DNA of 64,000 nucleotides from NCBI GenBank assembly GCA_964230025.1, contig CAXRFO010000013.1, positions 38,304-102,303 of the forward strand, in the 5' to 3' direction. The position numbers were made by a program, and so were the translations under genes. A model generated the notes under the pieces. That model did not search any database. It saw nothing but the letters and a program-made list of their open reading frames with translations, and was not told the DNA's origin. Within the stretch, counting starts at the first letter, position 1, and the number at the start of each line of letters is the position of its first letter. Source of the DNA: Flavobacteriales bacterium (GTDB lineage: Bacteria > Bacteroidota > Bacteroidia > Flavobacteriales_D > JAUILH01). Shown here piece by piece: positions 9,465 through 18,513 of the stretch.

Positions 9465-12400
9465 ATGCTCAACCTCAAATCAATCATTTCCACTCTCCTT
9501 CTATTAGGTGCTTGGACATTTTCCAACGCTCAGAATGAAGCCTTTTTTGTAGTAAGTCCCCAAGGACATAAAAGCAACATCCGAGACCTGGTATGCACCT
9601 CCGATGGAACACTTTTATCTGGTGGTTTTGACAAGACCATCCAATTATGGGATGTTAACAACAACTACCATAAAGGTGAACTCCGACATTTTACTGGAGA
9701 AGGATCTGAGGGTATGATATATACCATGGCCCTATCCCCAAACTCCAGATATTTAGCCATTGGTGGTTGGTTTGGACTTGATGATGAGAGCGAACCCTTA
9801 GGAGATGTAAGAATTTTTGATCTTGAGCAAGGTAAAATTGTCAAAGTTCTCAAAGGACTTGAAAATGCGGTTTTTAAAATCGTCTTTAGTACAGATGGAA
9901 CGAAAGTTTATGCTGGTGATGGTGCTGGTTATATAATGGGCTGGGACCTACTTACATCAAATAAAATTTTTCAATATCAGCGTGAAGATGAAGGTATTTG
10001 CGGACTTGATGAACATAATGGAAAACTGGTTTTTTCTTATAAAACTGGGAACAGTTACTTAATGAATCTAAAAACCGAACGAATAATCAGTAGTTCTTCA
10101 CTTTTTAAAGAGAAAGGATTTGAACCTGATGAAGTTAAGTTTTCGCCTAATGGAGAATGGATTGGTCAAACGGGTGGAAGGTTTATTATTCTTTACGATT
10201 CTTCATTCGAGAAAAAACAAGAAATAGACAATGGAGACGATCCTTCGCGCATAGCTTTCTCACCCGATGGTAGTAAATTTCTGGTAGGTTCATATACTAG
10301 AGGGGCTCAACATGATGTTAATGTTTACTCATTATCCGGTTCATCATGGACGAAATCACATACATTTTCAGATCACAAGCAGGCGGTTCTGGCCATTGCT
10401 TGGATAAACAATACTACTTGCGCAACTGCTGGTGGTGAAAATGAAGAAATCATAAGTTGGGAATTAAAAGAAAATGGAATTAAAAAAATTAACAGCTTTG
10501 AGGGAGTTGGCACTCCACTTTATGCTGCCACTGTTTCTAACAATTCGCTCTATTTTGCTCGTGACTGGTCAGCGAATTTTGGGATGAGTGCTTACCAATT
10601 TCAATTTGACATGTTTATGCGGGATATTCAGCGTAAAATGAAAACCCCTGATCATGAATATCGCCCGCAAACAGATAATGGTGATCTCCGACTGATAACC
10701 AGCTCTGGTGGAAATGAAATTGAACAAGCTACCGCAGTTCTGGATATTAAGAGAAAAAAGAAAACCCTAAATAGTATTACCAGAGAGTGGTGGGACGGTA
10801 GCCGACATAATTGTTATTCTTTTACACCGAACAATTACATTCTGTCCTCAGGTTCCTATGGGATGATGTTCGCCTATGATACAGAAGGACGAGAGGTCTC
10901 GCGTTTTATTGGACATACAGGTGATATTTGGAGTGTATCAGTAGTAAGTGATAGGAATTGGATTGTAACGAGTGGTTCGGATCAAACCATAAAAATTTGG
11001 GACTTAAAGGATGTCAATCGAAAAGATAAAGTGGAAAATATGCCCTCAATATGGAAGTATTGCGAAGATATGCAAGTGGCCGATACCTACCACAAAGTTT
11101 TCCGCCTGACCAAAACAGTTGAAAGCGCCCAAGGAAACACAATAAGTGACTGGGAAAATACCATACGAATCTTGGATAAAAAAGATTGGCCTTGTGAGTT
11201 TCTTAAGAACAAATTGAATAGCCTTCAGGTAAAAAATATCTACCCCATCGCATCCATGTTTTTAAGTCGCGATAAGGAATGGATAATATGGAATGAAGAG
11301 GGTTACTTCATGTCTTCAAAAAATGGGACAAAATATGTAGGGTATCAACTAAATCAAGGACGAGAAAAAGAAGCTAAATTTTATCCATTTGAACAGTTTG
11401 ATCTTAAGTATAACCGTCCAGACATTTTATTAAAAAGCTTAAACTTGGCGAATGCTGAAATGATTGATATCTATAATCGAGCTTACAAAAAGCGTCTTAA
11501 GCGCATGAACATTTCAGAAGAAGACCTGGCCAGTGACTTACATGCTCCCCAAATCAAGGTTAACCAGCACAATCTGCTAGAAAATGGCAAGTATCAACTT
11601 AAATTTTCGGCATTGGATGATAAATACAGCCTGAATCGCATTAATATTTTCGTAAATGATGTACCCATTTATGGGCGAAAAGGAATGGATCTAAGCAATC
11701 TGAATAGTCATAAAGTAGAAAAAGACTTGCGATTTAATGTGCTCCCAGGCAGGAATAAAATCCAAATTTCTGTACTAAACAGCAAGGGACAAGAGTCCTT
11801 AAAAGAAACTTTTTATGTTTATGATAACTCACAAAAGGATAGGCCCAAATTGTATTTCGTTGGACTAGGAGTTTCGGAATACCAAATGAGTGATTTCAAC
11901 CTAAAATTCGCTGCAAAGGATGCTAAGGATTTAGCTTTAAATTTAAGTAACTCTTCAGCCTTTTCAGAAGTGCACAATCTAACTTTAACAAACGAGCAGG
12001 TTACCAGGTCAAGCCTAGACTCCGTCCAGAAATTTCTTGATGGTGTAACAGCAACAGATGTTGTAATGGTATTTATCGCTGGACATGGGGTTTTAGACCA
12101 AGATTTCAATTATTATTTCGCATCTCATGATTTGGATTTTAATTCCCCAGAAAAAAATGGAATTTCATACGACGATATAGAAAATTTAGTAGACGGAATA
12201 TCCGCTATTCGTAAGCTTTTAATCATGGACACCTGCCATAGTGGTGAAGTAGATAAAGATGATGTAGAGGAAAGCACGGTAGTCGAAGAAAGCTCATCCG
12301 ATGATATCGTATTCAGAAATGTAGGGGTTGGTGTAAGAACAAAGGAAGGAGCTGGTATTCAGGTCACAAATGAAATAATGAAAGAAATGTTCAGTGATTT

Positions 12401-12665
12401 AAGAAGAGGTGCTGGCGCAACTGTTATAGCTAGTGCTGGAGGTACCGAGTTTGCCATGGAAAGCGAACAGTGGCAAAACGGCCTTTTTACATACTGTTTT
12501 ATCAATGCGCTGACCAGCAAGGCTGGCGACCTCAACAAGGATGGCAAAATTTTCATTTCAGAAATTAAAAAGTATATTCAGGCAGAAGTTTACCGTTTGT
12601 CTGATGGCAAACAAGAGCCAACTACAAGAACGGAAAATTTGAACATGGACTATCGGATATGGTAG
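9465..12665 (+). CDS. exported WD40-repeat / peptidase C14 (caspase-like) fusion protein
   Basis: Signal peptide MLNLKSIISTLLLLGAWTFSNAQ. WD40 blades (GGFDKTIQLWDV, GHTGDIWSV...SGSDQTIKIWDL). C-terminal caspase domain with the His-Cys dyad FIAGHG and LIMDTCHSG. Confidence 0.85.
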   Translation: MLNLKSIISTLLLLGAWTFSNAQNEAFFVVSPQGHKSNIRDLVCTSDGTLLSGGFDKTIQLWDVNNNYHKGELRHFTGEGSEGMIYTMALSPNSRYLAIGGWFGLDDESEPLGDVRIFDLEQGKIVKVLKGLENAVFKIVFSTDGTKVYAGDGAGYIMGWDLLTSNKIFQYQREDEGICGLDEHNGKLVFSYKTGNSYLMNLKTERIISSSSLFKEKGFEPDEVKFSPNGEWIGQTGGRFIILYDSSFEKKQEIDNGDDPSRIAFSPDGSKFLVGSYTRGAQHDVNVYSLSGSSWTKSHTFSDHKQAVLAIAWINNTTCATAGGENEEIISWELKENGIKKINSFEGVGTPLYAATVSNNSLYFARDWSANFGMSAYQFQFDMFMRDIQRKMKTPDHEYRPQTDNGDLRLITSSGGNEIEQATAVLDIKRKKKTLNSITREWWDGSRHNCYSFTPNNYILSSGSYGMMFAYDTEGREVSRFIGHTGDIWSVSVVSDRNWIVTSGSDQTIKIWDLKDVNRKDKVENMPSIWKYCEDMQVADTYHKVFRLTKTVESAQGNTISDWENTIRILDKKDWPCEFLKNKLNSLQVKNIYPIASMFLSRDKEWIIWNEEGYFMSSKNGTKYVGYQLNQGREKEAKFYPFEQFDLKYNRPDILLKSLNLANAEMIDIYNRAYKKRLKRMNISEEDLASDLHAPQIKVNQHNLLENGKYQLKFSALDDKYSLNRINIFVNDVPIYGRKGMDLSNLNSHKVEKDLRFNVLPGRNKIQISVLNSKGQESLKETFYVYDNSQKDRPKLYFVGLGVSEYQMSDFNLKFAAKDAKDLALNLSNSSAFSEVHNLTLTNEQVTRSSLDSVQKFLDGVTATDVVMVFIAGHGVLDQDFNYYFASHDLDFNSPEKNGISYDDIENLVDGISAIRKLLIMDTCHSGEVDKDDVEESTVVEESSSDDIVFRNVGVGVRTKEGAGIQVTNEIMKEMFSDLRRGAGATVIASAGGTEFAMESEQWQNGLFTYCFINALTSKAGDLNKDGKIFISEIKKYIQAEVYRLSDGKQEPTTRTENLNMDYRIW

Positions 12666-12945
12666 GCATTCTCTTAAATCCTATAAAAGTTCTAATTTCA
12701 ATCTTCTCATTTTTTTGTTAAGCCATTAATTTTAAAGTATTTGTGAAAACTAATGCTAAACAGCTATGGTTAGGCCATCGTCTAGCTTGAAGAGCTCATC
12801 AAAAAAAATTGGATAATCAGCCAAAAAAAACTAACAACAGATCTTATTCTTATTCACAACAAATCTATTCATTTCACAACATTTATTTGCAGGCATAATT
12901 ACTCTGATTTACTTTTGCAAATCGTTAAAATAATTTAAAATAATT

Positions 12946-15900
12946 ATGAAAATAAAAGCTCTACTTTTGACTGCTGTTGGATTGATATTTATGTCAACCA
13001 TACAAGCAGCAACCTTTACAGTAACAAATACAGCGGATTCAGGCCCGGGCTCATTCAGACAAGCCGTTCTAGATGCAAATGCACTTGCCGGGGCGGATGT
13101 CATTAATTTTAATATTGGTGGCGGTGGCGCTCAGACTATAACTCTGTCAAGCACGGTTACCATTACGCAGGAGGTGTTTGTTGATGGTTCTAGCCAACCC
13201 TTATTTGCTGGAACGCCCCTTATCACTATAACAGGAAATGATGCAATTCAAATTAACGGCGGGAGTAATTCCACAATACAATGGCTAGATATTTCTAGTA
13301 CAGCTTCTAATCCAATCCGATTGATTAACTCAAGTGGCGTTAGCATACTAAATAATAACCTTTCAGGATCAACACATTCTGTAAGAGCTGATGGGAATAA
13401 TACTAATGTGGTTATTTCAAATAATAACTGTAGCGGAACAACCAGCCACTCCATCTACCTAGTAGGAGGTACAAACAATGGTTGGACCATTACAGGAAAT
13501 AACATTACTAATTCTGCAGGTTGGGGAGTTTACTATGCTAGTGGAACACCAACAGATGTATCAGGAAATGATTTTACTGGGTGCAATAGTGCATTATATT
13601 TAGTAGGTGCTAACACCTTTACATTATCCGCACCTGGTTCAGGAGGAGTAAACGAAAATACTTACGGAGGTCACACTCAAACGATTCAGTTAAACGCTTG
13701 TACCAATATGAATGTGAGCGGTTGGGACTTTACAGCAACCAACAACCCAGGTCTAACTCCATTTCAGATTGTCAACACAAGTAATTCTGTATTTGATAGT
13801 AACATTATGACAGGCATGGCGCATGCGCTGCGTGCTGATGGCAACAATTCGAACATTACATTTACCAATAACACAGGTAATAACTGTACCAGCCACGCAA
13901 TATACCTAGTAGGAGGTACAAACAATGGTTGGACCATTACAGGAAATAACATTACTAATTCAGCAGGTTGGGGGGTTCATTATGCTAATGGAACACCAAC
14001 AGATTTGTCTGGAAATGATTTTACTGGGTGTAATAGTGGACTCTATTTAGTAGGGGCTAATACATTTACATTATCCGCACCTGGTTCAGGAGGTGTAAAT
14101 GAAAATACTTTCGGAGGTCACACTCAAACGATTCAGTTAAACGCTTGTACCAATATGAATGTGAGCGGTTGGGACTTTACAGCAACCAACAACGCTGGCT
14201 TAACTCCGTTTCAGATTGTCAACACCAGTAACTCTGTATTTGATAGTAACATTATGACAGGCATGGCGCATGCACTGCGTGCTGATGGCAACAACTCGAA
14301 CATTACATTTACCAACAACACGGGTAATAACTGTACCAGCCACGCAATATACCAAGTAGGAGGCACAAACAATGGTTGGACCATTACAGGAAATAACATT
14401 ACTAATTCAGCAGGTTGGGGAGTTCATTATGCGAATGGAACACCAACAGATATTTCAGGAAATGATTTTACCGGGTGCAATAGTGGACTCTATTTAGTAG
14501 GGGCTAATACCTTTACGCTAGGCTCTAATATTTATCTGGATGCAGCAGGTACAGGAATTAGTTTAAATGCATGTACTTCCGTTACTATCAACAATGCAGA
14601 AGTAACTGCAACTGGTGGTACAGGAGTTCTTTTAACCAATTCAAGCTCTTGTAATATTGATGGAACAATTGCCTGCGGGCGTCAATACGGAATTCGATTA
14701 AGTGGAACATGTAATAACAACAACATTACTAATTCTCAAATTGCAAATTCAACAAGTGACGGAATAAGAATTGATGCAGGAACTATTTCGAATACAATTA
14801 TTGATCAGTCAGACTTTTTTAGTAATACCAATGACATTCTGGACAATGGAACGGGTACGACGATTTCAAACTCAACAACCCTTACATCAGCACCATTCTG
14901 CCCTTGTGTAGACCCAGTTGATCAAACAGTTACAGCTGCATCCACACAGCTTTGTCCAACTAACACAGGTACTACAATTGACTTAGGGTCTTCTGAAACA
15001 GGATTTAATTACTACCTAAGAGATGATTCTGACGATTCAGTGATCGATGGCCCTATAGCTGGAACTGGCTCCAGTATTACGTTTAATACCGGTGCACTTG
15101 CGTCTTCGACTTCATTTAATGCTTATGCATTAAATGACGCAGCAGATGGATTCGCAGTTGATATGCCTGCATCTGATGATTATATTAGATTCTCAACTCC
15201 TAACACTTCTTATTCGAATGCACTAACGGTAGAAGCATGGGTGGACTTTAATAATGGAGAACATGCTTGGGCCGGACAGTCATCACCTGCCGTAGATAAT
15301 ATGGGAACAAATGTTTGGTTGTGGCATGCAGGAACGTTCTATGTAAACGATAATGGAACTTGGAGAAGCCTTGGTTTCCCTTCACTTCCTACAGGTTGGA
15401 CTCACGTTGCAACTGTTGCAGATGCATCAGGTCTATATATTTATTACGATGGAGTCCTGGTGGCGTCTAATGGTTCAGGTATTACTTCTGGAATTGTAAA
15501 CAATGCAAGTTCTGAAATTCACCTAGGTCATGATGTTCGATATGCGGCTGGCACTGCTGGCAGAAATACGCAAACAACGTTTGATGAATTTCGCGTATGG
15601 AATACAGCTAAACCTCAGTCTGAAATTAGCGCCAATATGAACTCATGCCTTTCTGGTTCTGAAACAGGACTAGTACAGTACACCCTCTTTGGAGAAGGAA
15701 CAGGGACGAACATTACTAGTGTTACTGGTTCCAGTGCTACTTTGGAGAATCCAACTACAAACTGGGTATTTAGAAGTGGGTCTTGTGTTGAGTGTTCACT
15801 AGAAATGTCAACACTTATTACAATAAACGTTGGTGATGCTGTTGCTCCAGTTGCAGACGTTGCTACGCTTTCTGACCTGACAGATGAATGTTCAGTTTCT

Positions 15901-18195
15901 GCTCCTACTGCACCAACTGCCACGGATGATTGCGAAGGTGCTATCACGGGAACTACAACAACTACCTTCCCTATAACTGCGCAAGGTACTACTGTTGTAA
16001 CTTGGACTTACGATGACGGTAATGGGAACACATCTACCCAAACACAGAACGTAATTATCAATGATGTTACTGCGCCGGTTCCGGATGTTGCAACTCTTGC
16101 AGATGCAACGGGTGAGTGTTCAGTAACGGTAACTGCGCCTACAGCAACTGATAACTGTGCAGGTACAATTACAGCTACAACTACTGATCCATTGACCTAT
16201 TCAGTTCAAGGAACTTATACTATCACTTGGACTTATGATGATGGTAACGGTAATACATCTTCACAAAACCAAACGGTAATTGTGGATGATGTGACAGCTC
16301 CGACTCCGGATGTTGCAACTCTTGCAGATGCAACGGGTGAGTGTTCAGTAACGGTAACTGCGCCTACAGCAACTGATAACTGTGATGGTCCTGTAACAGC
16401 TACTACAACTGATCCGCTTACTTACTCTTCACAGGGTACATATATGATCACATGGACATACACAGATGCACAAGGGAACACATCTACACAAACACAAAAC
16501 GTTATTGTGGATGACATCACTGATCCTACGATCACAGCTCCTGCTGATGTGACTGTTTCTGCTAACGCTGTTAACTGTTCTGCTACGGGTGTTACACTTG
16601 GTACACCTACATCAGCTGACAACTGTAATGTTGCTTCTGTTACAGATGATGCACCAGCTACTTTCCCACTCGGTACTACTACTGTGACTTGGACTGTAAC
16701 TGATGATGCTGGTAACACAACAACAGATACACAAATCGTGACTGTAACCTCAGATCTTGGTGTATCTAATGTTTCAACCATTGACGTTGATTGTAACGGT
16801 GCGAACACCGGTTCTATTGACATTACAGTTGGAGGTGGTACTACACCATATACTTTCGACTGGGATAACGACGGAACAGGAGATAACGACGATACAGAAG
16901 ACCTTACGGGTCTTGCTGCTGGAACCTATAACGGTGTTGTAACTGACGCTAACGGTTGTACAGATGGTGGTTCGGTTACTATTAACGAGCCTACTCCTAT
17001 CGTAATTACTATTGACGCTACTACGAACCCTTCAAACTGTGGTGCTGCTGATGGAGCTATTGATGTAACTACTACAGGTGGTACTCCGGCTTACACTTTC
17101 CTTTGGGATGATGCGGCTTTGACCACAACTGAAGATATCATGGGTCTAACTGCTGGTGCATATACGCTAACAGTTACTGATGTCAATGGATGTGTTGAGT
17201 CTGCTTCTGCTTCACTTTCTGATCCAGGTGGACCAACTGTAGTTATTGATTCTACAACTGCTATCCTCTGTGGTGGTGATTCTACTGGTGCGGTTTACAC
17301 AACTGTAACAGGTGGTACTGCACCTATCCTTATCGACTGGGATAACGATGGTACAGGTGATAACGATGATATGGACGATATTACCATGCTTGTGGGTGGA
17401 ACCTACAACATGGTAGTTACAGATGCTAACAATTGTGTTGCCTCAGTATCTCAAGTACTTACTGCTCCTGATACACTTACCCTTGCCGGTGGTGTAACAA
17501 ACGTTACCTGTAACGGTGATGCTGACGGAGCTATCGATATTGTCGTTGGCGGTGGTACCGTTGCTGGTGCTTATACCTTCGATTGGGATAATGATGGTAC
17601 AGGAGACAATGATGATACAGAAGATCTTTCAGGCTTGTCAGGCGATACTTTAATCGTTATTGTAATGGATGATAACATGTGTGTGGTTACAGATACATTT
17701 ATTGTTGCTGAGCCAGATTCATTAGTTGGAACTACAGTCGGAACTGATGAAATCGCTGGAAACGATGGTGCAATCGATCTTACGGTAACTGGAGGAACTT
17801 CTCCATATACTTACCAGTGGGATGATGCAGCTAACTCTACAACAGAGGATTTATCAGGGCTAGTTGCTGGAACTTACACCGTAATCATTACTGATGCTAA
17901 CGGGTGTTCTGATACCATAGTAACTACCATTGGATCTCAAGTTGGTTTAGCTTCTTTTGATGCGATTAACGTTTCATTGTATCCTAATCCTAACAAAGGT
18001 GCTTTCAACCTGCAGTTTGATCGTCATATTGACGGACAAATCATCATTGTTGATGCTGCTGGAAGATTAATCTTTGATAGAAATGTTTCTTCAAACTCTA
18101 CTGAAATTCAGTTAGAAGATGTTGAAACTGGATTATACAATGCTATTATTATTACTGAGTCAGGTAAATCAATCATCAGATTTATCATTGAATAA
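12946..18195 (+). CDS. giant mosaic T9SS-secreted adhesin: parallel beta-helix repeats, LamG-like lectin domain, HYR-like repeats, SprB-type repeats, type-A C-terminal sorting domain
   Basis: Signal peptide MKIKALLLTAVGLIFMSTIQA. FTVTNTADSGPGSFRQAV beta-helix start. LTVEAWV...FDEFRVWN (LamG-like). TAPTATDNC...TWTYDDGNGNTS (HYR-like). C.G...G.ID..V.GGT.PYTF.WD (SprB-type, 5 copies). C-terminal LYPNPNKGAFNLQF... Por_Secre_tail. Confidence 0.85.
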   Translation: MKIKALLLTAVGLIFMSTIQAATFTVTNTADSGPGSFRQAVLDANALAGADVINFNIGGGGAQTITLSSTVTITQEVFVDGSSQPLFAGTPLITITGNDAIQINGGSNSTIQWLDISSTASNPIRLINSSGVSILNNNLSGSTHSVRADGNNTNVVISNNNCSGTTSHSIYLVGGTNNGWTITGNNITNSAGWGVYYASGTPTDVSGNDFTGCNSALYLVGANTFTLSAPGSGGVNENTYGGHTQTIQLNACTNMNVSGWDFTATNNPGLTPFQIVNTSNSVFDSNIMTGMAHALRADGNNSNITFTNNTGNNCTSHAIYLVGGTNNGWTITGNNITNSAGWGVHYANGTPTDLSGNDFTGCNSGLYLVGANTFTLSAPGSGGVNENTFGGHTQTIQLNACTNMNVSGWDFTATNNAGLTPFQIVNTSNSVFDSNIMTGMAHALRADGNNSNITFTNNTGNNCTSHAIYQVGGTNNGWTITGNNITNSAGWGVHYANGTPTDISGNDFTGCNSGLYLVGANTFTLGSNIYLDAAGTGISLNACTSVTINNAEVTATGGTGVLLTNSSSCNIDGTIACGRQYGIRLSGTCNNNNITNSQIANSTSDGIRIDAGTISNTIIDQSDFFSNTNDILDNGTGTTISNSTTLTSAPFCPCVDPVDQTVTAASTQLCPTNTGTTIDLGSSETGFNYYLRDDSDDSVIDGPIAGTGSSITFNTGALASSTSFNAYALNDAADGFAVDMPASDDYIRFSTPNTSYSNALTVEAWVDFNNGEHAWAGQSSPAVDNMGTNVWLWHAGTFYVNDNGTWRSLGFPSLPTGWTHVATVADASGLYIYYDGVLVASNGSGITSGIVNNASSEIHLGHDVRYAAGTAGRNTQTTFDEFRVWNTAKPQSEISANMNSCLSGSETGLVQYTLFGEGTGTNITSVTGSSATLENPTTNWVFRSGSCVECSLEMSTLITINVGDAVAPVADVATLSDLTDECSVSAPTAPTATDDCEGAITGTTTTTFPITAQGTTVVTWTYDDGNGNTSTQTQNVIINDVTAPVPDVATLADATGECSVTVTAPTATDNCAGTITATTTDPLTYSVQGTYTITWTYDDGNGNTSSQNQTVIVDDVTAPTPDVATLADATGECSVTVTAPTATDNCDGPVTATTTDPLTYSSQGTYMITWTYTDAQGNTSTQTQNVIVDDITDPTITAPADVTVSANAVNCSATGVTLGTPTSADNCNVASVTDDAPATFPLGTTTVTWTVTDDAGNTTTDTQIVTVTSDLGVSNVSTIDVDCNGANTGSIDITVGGGTTPYTFDWDNDGTGDNDDTEDLTGLAAGTYNGVVTDANGCTDGGSVTINEPTPIVITIDATTNPSNCGAADGAIDVTTTGGTPAYTFLWDDAALTTTEDIMGLTAGAYTLTVTDVNGCVESASASLSDPGGPTVVIDSTTAILCGGDSTGAVYTTVTGGTAPILIDWDNDGTGDNDDMDDITMLVGGTYNMVVTDANNCVASVSQVLTAPDTLTLAGGVTNVTCNGDADGAIDIVVGGGTVAGAYTFDWDNDGTGDNDDTEDLSGLSGDTLIVIVMDDNMCVVTDTFIVAEPDSLVGTTVGTDEIAGNDGAIDLTVTGGTSPYTYQWDDAANSTTEDLSGLVAGTYTVIITDANGCSDTIVTTIGSQVGLASFDAINVSLYPNPNKGAFNLQFDRHIDGQIIIVDAAGRLIFDRNVSSNSTEIQLEDVETGLYNAIIITESGKSIIRFIIE
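13381..14520 (+). repeat. in-frame tandem repeat, period 447 bp (149 aa), about 2.5 copies, inside the beta-helix region of the adhesin gene
   Basis: Unit starts at 13381, 13828 and 14275 (..CGTGCTGATGG..). Copies 2 and 3 differ at only about 16 of the first 245 positions by eye. Antisense shadow ORFs 13764..13952 and 14211..14399 differ by one residue. Confidence 0.9.
15844..16530 (+). repeat. three in-frame HYR-like repeats, period about 225 bp (75 aa)
   Basis: A 79-nt stretch CCGGATGTTGCAACTCTTGCAGATGCAACGGGTGAGTGTTCAGTAACGGTAACTGCGCCTACAGCAACTGATAACTGTG is identical at 16081 and 16306. A more diverged copy lies upstream. Confidence 0.85.
16783..17915 (+). repeat. five SprB-type repeats (about 75-80 aa each) in the adhesin gene
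   Basis: Repeated protein pattern C(N/G)G...G.ID..V.GGT.PYTF.WD(N)DGTGDNDDTEDL.GL.AGTY...VTDANGC. Confidence 0.75.
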
Positions 18196-18217
18196 ATAAT
18201 ATAATCTACTACTTTTT

Positions 18218-18253
18218 AATCCCGGTTTAGAAAATCTAAATCGGGATTTTTTT
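18218..18253 (+). terminator. rho-independent terminator of the adhesin gene
   Basis: 13-bp stem AATCCCGGTTTAG / CTAAATCGGGATT (one G-U pair), loop AAAAT, followed by T7. Confidence 0.85.
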
Positions 18254-18272
18254 GTTTTCCACTAAACAGTCC

Positions 18273-18301
18273 TTGACTTATTTCGGATGTTCAAATAGAT
18301 T
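18273..18301 (+). promoter_or_regulatory. promoter-like element TTGACT-17 nt-TAGATT(AG) upstream of the histidine kinase gene
   Basis: TTG at -33 and TAgaTTaG (one mismatch to TAnnTTTG). Same architecture and flanks (TCCTTGAC ... TA.ATTAGTA) as the element at 21212-21240. Confidence 0.45.
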
Positions 18302-18513
18302 AGTAAAAAATTTCACCATCTTAAAGAGATATAAGTATAATTAGACTACAATAACGCTAGTAATCTGATTTCAAAAAAGCTTGCGATTATTGATCGAAGA
18401 ATCTTTGTATCTTATTACCCAAAACAAGCATTAATATACATGATTAAAGTAAAAAGTACCTTATCTAAACTTTTCTTTATATCCATATACTAAGTAAATC
18501 TGGTCTACCACTA

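Noticed and set aside
13764-14399. Antisense ORFs 13764..13952 and 14211..14399, and also 13248..13454, 15615..15947 and 16422..16823 inside the adhesin gene
   Set aside because: They are shadow frames of a long, repeat-rich sense ORF with clear domain content. The two near-identical antisense ORFs simply mirror the 447-bp tandem repeat.
13381-17915. Regularly spaced repeats that might be taken for a CRISPR-like or satellite array
   Set aside because: The periods (447, about 225 and about 230 bp) are multiples of 3 and lie in-frame inside one ORF, encoding recognisable protein repeats. There are no short direct repeats with unique spacers and no cas genes.
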